From the NCBI GenBank assembly GCA_002392285.1, contig DGGR01000020.1, positions 1 to 9,706 on the forward strand: a stretch of DNA of 9,706 nt, in the 5' to 3' direction. The notes under the pieces are model-generated. The model did not search any database, was not told the DNA's origin, and saw only the letters and a list, made by a program, of their open reading frames with translations. Shown piece after piece: positions 1 to 6,123 of the stretch (position 1 is its first letter; every line of letters begins with the position of its first letter). The position numbers and the translations under genes are program-made. This DNA is from Verrucomicrobia bacterium UBA3869 (lineage in GTDB: Bacteria; Verrucomicrobiota; Verrucomicrobiia; Opitutales; UBA9783).

Positions 1-433
<433 letters not shown>

Positions 434-516
434 AAATTATTAACTAATTTCTCAAGAGATATCCTTTTGCTCTTTTACATAATGTTTTACTTCATTGCTG
501 AAGTTATCGTATTTTA

Positions 517-547
517 CTACGTTAAAGTTTTTATTCGGTTTCCCGAA
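517..547 (-). promoter_or_regulatory. rrn leader antitermination-like elements: a boxB-like hairpin followed by a boxA-like motif
   Basis: The minus strand reads TTCGG-GAAA-CCGAA (534-547), a 5-bp stem with a GNRA tetraloop. It is followed 4 nt later by AAAAACTTTAACGTAG (517-532), whose CTTTAAC core (521-527) matches 7 contiguous nt of the E. coli rrn boxA TGCTCTTTAACAA. The order (hairpin then boxA) and the position between promoter region and mature 16S match classical rrn leaders. Confidence 0.4.
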
Positions 548-581
548 CCTATGCACAAAATAAATTTCAAAGAACATTTTT

Positions 582-650
582 ACAATTACTTATAAACAAA
601 TAACCGTCAAGTGTTTTTTGAAAAAATTTTTTAAAAAATAAAAATTCCAT
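582..650 (-). promoter_or_regulatory. Candidate rrn promoter: a TTGACG -35-like hexamer preceded by an UP-element-like A/T-tract block; the -10 is ambiguous
   Basis: The minus strand reads AATTTTTATTTTTTAAAAAATTTTTTCAAAAAACAC-TTGACG (hexamer = 605-610; A/T tracts 612-646). Downstream -10 candidates are weak or mis-spaced: TAATTG at 16 nt, AATTGT at 17 nt, and TGTAAAAAT, an extended -10-like motif further on. This is the only intergenic space upstream of the 16S gene. Confidence 0.35.
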
Positions 651-670
651 CCTCACAAGGCTAAACCTGC

Positions 671-1757
671 TTATTTTTGCATTTCTGCAGCGACCAACTC
701 TTCGAAGGTATCGCGATGAGGATAGGAATCTAGGATCTTAAACGCACGCAGGTTTTCCACACAACGTGCTTCGTACGCATCGTAATTCTCTTTAGTTAAA
801 CGACGCTTATCATGCTCAATGCACCACGCCATGTAGCGGTTGATATCGGGGTGATAATGGCTTTTATCGCAATAATTCGCTAGATTGCTAACAAACGGGC
901 AATCATGCCAACCGTAGATTTTGACATTCGGGAGATCAGCACAGGCCGTGATGAGGTGACGACCCAAAGCAAAATGAGGAATTCCACCCATTGTATCGCA
1001 TCTTCTCTGCCATAGATAACTTATTGGAGAGAAAAATATAAAAAACTTGACTGATGGATTTTCTCGTATGATGCGCAGTATAGTGTCGTTGAGCCGTTGA
1101 GTCGTTGAGCAATACGCCAATCGCTAAAATCAGGGGTTTCTTTTTTTAATTCCGCTAAATTGCTTGCCTGAATCCATCGTGGAAAACGATCGCTTTGATA
1201 GGGGAACCAACTATGGATCGAATCCAAATCGGTCCAAGTCCAAAAACGGTTATCGTTTTTAGAAATAAGCCTACTCGGAATAAAATAACGCCCTATTAAA
1301 AGCTTTAAAGACTTTAAAATTTGCATCCCCCTATGTTTAGGGATCCTGGACACCAACTGGTAAGCCTCCAACAAAACGTTTATCTCGGCAAAACAGTAAG
1401 ATAATTTTCCGCTTCGTACACAGGCTGAAATATAAGCAACCCCTTCTTCAAAGTATTGGTAGTCATTCACAACTTCAACACGCCTTTAGCTCCAACCGCT
1501 TTAGCTAAATGGCTACCTTTGAAATTCATCGTATGAGAAGTCCCTACTAGAATACCGTCATAATCATTGCTTCTTTTGAGGTAAGCTTCAATTTGACCTA
1601 GGTTGATTAACATTTGGCTACCAAACCATAGGTTTTTGTTCCATCGCGTCTCGTGAAATATATGGTATGGATCTACAATGTAGACCATCAATGGCCCTAT
1701 CGTCCAAAATAGAAGCGTACAAAGAAAAAAATACAGGATATTGCGGCGAGAGGACAT
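671..1757 (-). pseudogene. Disrupted membrane-anchored SGNH/DltD-like hydrolase or acyltransferase, split over three frames (fragments 1467-1757, 1021-1470, 671-1120)
   Basis: Fragment 1 (96 aa) has an N-terminal TM helix (ILYFFLCTLLFWTIGPLMVYIV) and a Ser-block ILVGTSHTMNF (GTS = 1536-1544). Fragment 3 carries the C-terminal D-x-x-H block CDKSHYHPDIN (857-868). The putative catalytic residues are therefore split between separate ORFs. Combined length is ~385 aa, similar to the neighbouring 409-aa SGNH protein, with parallel motifs: DKSHYHPDINRYMAWCI versus DKYGHHSVTGNQRIAGII, and ENPSVKFFIFFSPISY versus RRPYCVMLPAYTHVRY. Both junctions need the same -1/+2 frame change. It could instead be three genuine small genes or a sequencing artefact. 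Confidence 0.55.
1086..1109. repeat. Direct tandem repeat, 8-bp unit x3 (tcgttgag / ccgttgag / tcgttgag)
   Basis: Read directly from the plus strand, 1086-1109. On the minus strand this is GCTCAACG ACTCAACG GCTCAACG. It lies inside the 100-nt overlap of ORFs 1021-1470 and 671-1120. Confidence 0.9.
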
Positions 1758-1772
1758 AAGGCCTGTTCAAAC

Positions 1773-2201
1773 TCAATCCAATTCAGGATCCATCTGAATA
1801 AACCATATCGGTTCTTTGGATTTACACCATAAACGCTGTTCTTTAAAAACCTTCGCAGGAATCCGATTGCATGCTTCGCTCAAATTATTAACCGCATAGC
1901 GCCTACCACTTTTAGACAAACGAAATGACTTTAAGGATTCCATAAGTTTATCTTGAATTGATTGAGGAGCTTCATCTGCAGGGATTTGGAAAACCCAACA
2001 AGCCTTTGCAGCCATACCTTCATCCGACGATGAACCAATAACAACAAATTGCTTTTTAATTGGTTTTTGCTTAGCCGTATCTCCCTCATCGGCTTTATCT
2101 TCAGCAGCTGATTGAATTTCATCCAAAAGCTCACTCACAACCCCACTTTCTAGATCGGAATGCCTTAAAATACGCTTAACCACTTCCAAATCTACTTTCA
2201 T
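1773..2201 (-). CDS. Hypothetical protein, 142 aa, no family recognised
   Basis: ATG at 2199-2201 is preceded by a strong Shine-Dalgarno GGGAGGG (2206-2212) with a 4-nt spacer. The gene is packed between the 409-aa SGNH gene (stop 2231) and the split SGNH gene (start 1757). Architecture: an N-terminal helix-like segment, a charged linker EDKADEGDTAKQKPIKK, then a ~90-aa C-terminal region (QFVVIGSSS...ACWVFQIP...). Confidence 0.75.
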   Translation of the reverse strand: MKVDLEVVKRILRHSDLESGVVSELLDEIQSAAEDKADEGDTAKQKPIKKQFVVIGSSSDEGMAAKACWVFQIPADEAPQSIQDKLMESLKSFRLSKSGRRYAVNNLSEACNRIPAKVFKEQRLWCKSKEPIWFIQMDPELD

Positions 2202-2230
2202 CTAACCCTCCCGTTTAAAATTGCACCTTT

Positions 2231-3460
2231 TTATTTAGATATTTTTTCAGGTTTTCCAAACCATTGTTGATGAATAATACCAGCAATTCGCTGATTACCC
2301 GTTACCGAATGATGTCCGTATTTATCAACATAAAGACTTTGCAACTCAACATCATCTAACGATTTCCAATAAGCATATAAATCCAAATAAGGTAAATTCA
2401 ATCCAGCACAAATACTATCAAAAGCCGCACGATACAATTCATGATTATCTTGCATATAACGAACATGCGTATAGGCAGGTAACATTACACAATAGGGACG
2501 CCGACCTTTCTCCTGACATACATCGACAAAACGCTTTAGTAGCGCGAACAATAAATCCTGTTGTTTTTCGTATAAGCCTTGCAGATAATCATTTTTTCGC
2601 TGAAACGTTTTAAGTAAATAGGGTTCCGCTTCCTGCAGAAAACGGTTAATTGCTATTGACCGATCGTTTTTACTGTCAGTTTTAACACGCGTTGAGGCTA
2701 ATAAGCACCTTAACAAATCTCCATCTTTTACAACATACCCTAAAGCCGTCTTAGGCGCTTTTTTTAATTGAGCAAAAAAATAAGGAGCATTGCCATCTTG
2801 TTGGCGGAAAAAATCCTGATAGCGCTTCAAATGTAAAAAATCATTCGGAGATTGGAGAGGACTTTTAACCAATTTTAATAAGCCATCCGATAAAATGAAA
2901 CGAGGTTTTACCGCTAAAACATTTCCTGGATTCGCATAATGCAACCAAACACTAAGGATTCGCTCAATGGTCCAGGGAGTTAGAATCATGACAACCGCAC
3001 GAATAGAATCTGATAAATTCGTTGATTCCAAGCGCAACAAAGCCTGATCTAAACCATAATTACCAACCCCATAATTAGTAACATAGGATTGGGTAAATTG
3101 AGACAAATGATACTGGATTGTTTCCGTATCATTCACCTCACGGCACATACAAAAAGAATCACCAAAAGTTGCTATATAAGAATACGTTGGAACACCTGAG
3201 AAAGTACGACTCCCTTGATCATCAATCGAGTAAGTCGTGTTCCCTTGAAGCCCAATGTATGAACCTGTATTATCTTGATGATTCTTAACGGGATTAGGCT
3301 TCCACCCCAATTGCGCATCGAACGTTTTGTATTTGTTAACCATCGCTGCAGTTACTTTAGGGCATGCTTGCAAAAACAAACCAGATTTCAAAAGAAAAAA
3401 ACGCACAACCCCTTCTAGGATCGCGCCAATTAACACAACACATCCTAAAAGCATCAACAT
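2231..3460 (-). CDS. Membrane-anchored SGNH/GDSL-family hydrolase or O-acyltransferase-like protein, 409 aa
   Basis: The N-terminal TM helix is MLMLLGCVVLIGAILEGVVRFFLL. Block I is FGDSFCMC (GDS = 3155-3163). Block II-like is VTNYGVGNYGLDQ (N-x-G-x-x-G). Block V-like is VDKYGHHSVTGNQRIAGII near the C-terminus. SD AAGGA (3467-3471) lies 6 nt upstream of the ATG at 3458-3460. The specific substrate is unknown. Confidence 0.8.
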   Translation of the reverse strand: MLMLLGCVVLIGAILEGVVRFFLLKSGLFLQACPKVTAAMVNKYKTFDAQLGWKPNPVKNHQDNTGSYIGLQGNTTYSIDDQGSRTFSGVPTYSYIATFGDSFCMCREVNDTETIQYHLSQFTQSYVTNYGVGNYGLDQALLRLESTNLSDSIRAVVMILTPWTIERILSVWLHYANPGNVLAVKPRFILSDGLLKLVKSPLQSPNDFLHLKRYQDFFRQQDGNAPYFFAQLKKAPKTALGYVVKDGDLLRCLLASTRVKTDSKNDRSIAINRFLQEAEPYLLKTFQRKNDYLQGLYEKQQDLLFALLKRFVDVCQEKGRRPYCVMLPAYTHVRYMQDNHELYRAAFDSICAGLNLPYLDLYAYWKSLDDVELQSLYVDKYGHHSVTGNQRIAGIIHQQWFGKPEKISK

Positions 3461-3472
3461 ATGAAATCCTTA

Positions 3473-3559
3473 TGGTACCTGGAGAGGGGGTCGAACCCTC
3501 ATTCTCGTGAAAGAACCGGATTTTGAGTCCGGCGCGTCTGCCAATTCCGCCATCCAGGC
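3473..3559 (-). tRNA. tRNA-Leu, anticodon CAA, 87 nt, class II (long variable arm), CCA encoded
   Basis: The reverse complement is GCCTGGATGGCGGAATTGGCAGACGCGCCGGACTCAAAATCCGGTTCTTTCACGAGAATGAGGGTTCGACCCCCTCTCCAGGTACCA. Acceptor GCCTGGA/TCCAGGT (G1-U72 wobble); D stem GCG/CGC; anticodon stem CCGGA/TCCGG with loop CTCAAAA; variable arm TTCTT-TCAC-GAGAA; T arm GAGGG-TTCGACC-CCCTC; discriminator A plus CCA. Confidence 0.95.
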
Positions 3560-3598
3560 AAAAACAGAGTTATGTTCCCAAAAAACGAAGAAAAGTAC

Positions 3599-3619
3599 AA
3601 GTTTTTTATATAAAAACTT
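3599..3619 (-). repeat. AT-rich perfect inverted repeat (8-bp arms AAGTTTTT/AAAAACTT, 5-nt loop) between tgt and the tRNA; possibly a weak terminator or a protein-binding palindrome
   Basis: Read directly from the sequence. On the minus strand it is followed by GTACTTTTCTTCGTTTTTT (U-rich). The stem has only one G:C pair, so its predicted stability is low. Confidence 0.25.
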
Positions 3620-3653
3620 ATGAAAATGCTTCATTGCCTAGAAACAACTTTGC

Positions 3654-4862
3654 TCAACCATGAATATAGTGCTGATAAAATGACTTCCATTGGCCCGAGC
3701 GAATTGCCTGACGGATAGCTTCCATCCAACGCATCATAAAACGGGCATTATGAATCGTTAGCAACAACCCTCCTGTGCTTTCTCTCGCTTTAAATAAATG
3801 ATGCAAATAAGAACGCGTAAAACGACGGCATGTATAGCAATCACATTCGCTATCAATGGGATTTACATCTTCAGCATAACAGGCGTTTTTTAAATTAATA
3901 TGCTCTTTTGCAACTGCTTCTTCAGGGCGGGCGATAAGCGCACACCCATGCCGTGCAATACGCGTAGGATGTACACAATCGAAGGTATCCACACCTGAAT
4001 TAACCCCTTCTAACAAATCGCGCAATCCTCCAATACCTAACAGATGCGTTGGACGATCAACCGGAACCTGTTGCATAATATAATCGACCAAACCGTACAT
4101 CTCCTGTTTTTCTACTCCCAGACTTCCCCCAATCGCTTGGCCAAAAAAGGGGTGACTTTTAATAAAATCAATGCTTTCCGTACGCAAATCTTCATAGATT
4201 CCTCCTTGGATAATTCCGTACATGCGCTGACGGTCATCAAAGTGATCTAAAAACTGCTTTAAGCTGCGTTCTTCCCAACGATGGCTCAATTGGGTAGAAG
4301 CAACAATTTCGCTACGTGTTCTATGGGTAGGAGCACATTCATCCAATGGCAAAATAAAATCAGCCCCTAAAGCCTGTTGAATCTCTACCGAGCGCTCCGG
4401 CGTCAACATACACAGCCTCCCATTAACATAAGAACGGAACATGGCTCCATCTTCCGTTATTTTTAATAAGGTACGAAGGGCGTTCGGACGGCTTTTCCCC
4501 TTGATTTCATCGATAACACCCCCATAACCCATGCTAAAAATTTGGAATCCCCCTGAATCGGTTAACATAGGGCCATCCCAACCCGTAAACGCATGCAATC
4601 CCCCGTTCAATTGAACAATATCCGGCCCTGGCTGTAACCAAAGATGATAAGTATTCCCTAAAACAATTTGGGCACCCACTGCTTTTATTTGCTCCATGGT
4701 AGCCCCTTTAATGGCTCCATGGGTTCCACAAAAAACAAAATTAGGGGTTTCAACAGCTCCATGCGGGGTTTGAATAATACCGCAATGCGCACGACCATAA
4801 TCAGCCTGCGCCGTTACGCGATAAGCAAAGGTTTTGGAAGATTCATTGGGCAACGTTTCCAT
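3654..4862 (-). CDS. tgt: Queuine/preQ1 tRNA-ribosyltransferase (tRNA-guanine transglycosylase), 402 aa
   Basis: Hallmark TGT motifs are present: VETPNFVFCGTHGAIKG, LGNTYHLWLQPG, LTDSGGFQIFS, LPLDECAP, YGIIQGGIYEDLR, LLGIGG, GVDTFDCVHPTR, the zinc site CDCYTC...HH, and TIHNARFM. The protein is colinear with E. coli Tgt as I recall it. SD AGGTG (4868-4872) lies 5 nt upstream of the ATG. Confidence 0.95.
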   Translation of the reverse strand: METLPNESSKTFAYRVTAQADYGRAHCGIIQTPHGAVETPNFVFCGTHGAIKGATMEQIKAVGAQIVLGNTYHLWLQPGPDIVQLNGGLHAFTGWDGPMLTDSGGFQIFSMGYGGVIDEIKGKSRPNALRTLLKITEDGAMFRSYVNGRLCMLTPERSVEIQQALGADFILPLDECAPTHRTRSEIVASTQLSHRWEERSLKQFLDHFDDRQRMYGIIQGGIYEDLRTESIDFIKSHPFFGQAIGGSLGVEKQEMYGLVDYIMQQVPVDRPTHLLGIGGLRDLLEGVNSGVDTFDCVHPTRIARHGCALIARPEEAVAKEHINLKNACYAEDVNPIDSECDCYTCRRFTRSYLHHLFKARESTGGLLLTIHNARFMMRWMEAIRQAIRSGQWKSFYQHYIHG

Positions 4863-4908
4863 ACTAACACCTGTACTGATCCCTTATGCTTAGCGTCAAG
4901 AACCTAGT

Positions 4909-6117
4909 TCATTGTTCTCGAACGCTTATTTCAGGGATATCCCCTGATGAATTTTGCTGCTTTTGTAACAATGCAAGGATAAGCAAAAACAAAAATGCCA
5001 CTTCCGATTGCATATAATGCAGAATATAAGTTGTATTGAGCGTTTTGGATATACAAACAATCTGGATAGCGAGCATATTTAAAAGAATAAATACCTGCTT
5101 TTTATGTTCTTTAGAGAACGAACGAATATGCTTCAACTGTACAACAACAGCACATGTAAGCCCAATCCATAGCAAATTATAAACGCTACTTAGGATAAAG
5201 GATGCATATATTTTTAAAGGAGCTTTAAAAAAGATTAACGAACCATTGCAACAAAACGGACTAAAAATCGGATTCAGTAAGCGCTGATATAAAGGTGACA
5301 AGGGGATATAAGAACCATACATTACACGTATATCCCAAGTAGTCGCATACCAATACAAAACAGAAACGATTTTTATGATGAAAGGATAACAAGCCCCTAC
5401 CAACCCTATCCATAGCCATCGCAATCTAAACCTCAAAAAGCTATAAAAACATAAAGTAGTAAGCCCACAAATATACACCGATTTATGCACTATGCATAAG
5501 GCTACTAAAGCGAAAAAAATTAACCCAAAACGCTGGAAGTGAGTTATTAAAGCCCAACACACCCCCATAAGCATTAATAGCACATAACTCGTAGGCAGCG
5601 GGTAACCGCATTCAACCAATAAAAATGGATTATATAGGAACAACAGGCTGATCCATTTGAGCCCACTACTCGCATGCAATAGGTTCAATAGATACATCAA
5701 TAAAACCATTGCCCCCATGGTTGCCAATCCATGCAAAAGGGAACAAAAAAAGTAACCTTCAATATAATATCGATAACCAAATAACTTACAAATGCTTACA
5801 TCCACCCAACGCGGGATATACGCATTAAATGCTATACTACGACGCCTACCTCCCATATTCGGTCCATATTTCTGAGAATATGAATAGCAATAATACTCAC
5901 TCCAATCCGGATTCAAGATACGTAGTTTATAGCTAACCGCATTTCTTTGTAACCAAAGAGCGCTTGTGGTATAAGTTGCTACGCCAAACAATAGGATGCT
6001 GTTGATAAGCACAACGTACCGAAAGGGCTTCCAAGCTTTAACTGCCGGTAAGGTATAAAGTTTAACGATGCAACCCAAAAAGCACACCGCTGATAAGAAG
6101 AACAGGAAATACCGCAT
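4909..6117 (-). CDS. Polytopic integral membrane protein, 402 aa, ~10-11 predicted TM segments, function unknown (GT-C-like glycosyltransferase or polymerase-like topology is only a guess)
   Basis: Hydrophobic segments run throughout. A ~50-aa loop follows TM2 (NPDWSEYYCYSYSQKYGPNMGGRRRSIAFNAYIPRW). No MBOAT-type signature is visible. The ATG at 6115-6117 is 6 nt after the gyrA TAG stop, and the gene's own stop is 46 nt before the tgt start, which implies co-transcription. The protein is Cys-rich (16 Cys by my count). Confidence 0.8.
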   Translation of the reverse strand: MRYFLFFLSAVCFLGCIVKLYTLPAVKAWKPFRYVVLINSILLFGVATYTTSALWLQRNAVSYKLRILNPDWSEYYCYSYSQKYGPNMGGRRRSIAFNAYIPRWVDVSICKLFGYRYYIEGYFFCSLLHGLATMGAMVLLMYLLNLLHASSGLKWISLLFLYNPFLLVECGYPLPTSYVLLMLMGVCWALITHFQRFGLIFFALVALCIVHKSVYICGLTTLCFYSFLRFRLRWLWIGLVGACYPFIIKIVSVLYWYATTWDIRVMYGSYIPLSPLYQRLLNPIFSPFCCNGSLIFFKAPLKIYASFILSSVYNLLWIGLTCAVVVQLKHIRSFSKEHKKQVFILLNMLAIQIVCISKTLNTTYILHYMQSEVAFLFLLILALLQKQQNSSGDIPEISVREQ

Positions 6118-6123
6118 AAGTTG

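Noticed and set aside
1467-1469. TGA read as a sense codon (recoding or an alternative genetic code) to bridge the first break
   Set aside because: Reading through TGA in the same frame hits TAA about 30 codons later and yields sequence unlike the family. tgt, the membrane protein and the 142-aa gene also terminate sensibly at TGA.
1021-1757. The 96-aa and 149-aa ORFs with a 4-nt overlap as a toxin-antitoxin-like pair
   Set aside because: The 96-aa product has a TM anchor and an SGNH Ser block, and the downstream pieces complete an SGNH-like enzyme. These are fragments of one gene rather than a TA module.
1931-2134. Same-strand out-of-frame ORFs (67 aa inside the 142-aa gene; 60 aa at 8274-8456 inside gyrA)
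   Set aside because: They are fully nested in better-supported frames. There is no RBS, and the sequences are not protein-like.
1773-2201. Whether the 142-aa orphan is the published 'PVC superphylum signature protein'
   Set aside because: I cannot recall that protein's sequence, so I cannot verify the match. This protein's charge is roughly balanced (about 22 K/R versus 24 D/E by my count), which gives no support for a nucleic-acid-binding role. I leave it as something a database search could test rather than a claim.
671-3559. A tRNA-flanked genomic island downstream of tRNA-Leu
   Set aside because: There is no integrase, no visible duplicate of the tRNA 3' end (att-like direct repeat), and no obvious compositional break by eye. 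The arrangement looks like ordinary co-transcription.
3473-4862. A possible functional link between tgt and the adjacent tRNA
   Set aside because: TGT modifies G34 of GUN-anticodon tRNAs (Asn, Asp, His, Tyr). This tRNA is Leu(CAA), so the adjacency is most likely coincidental.
4044-4907. Plus-strand ORFs 4044-4250 and 4668-4907 antisense to tgt, and 8605-8793 antisense to gyrB
   Set aside because: The reason is the same: they are antisense shadows of well-supported genes with no independent coding signal.
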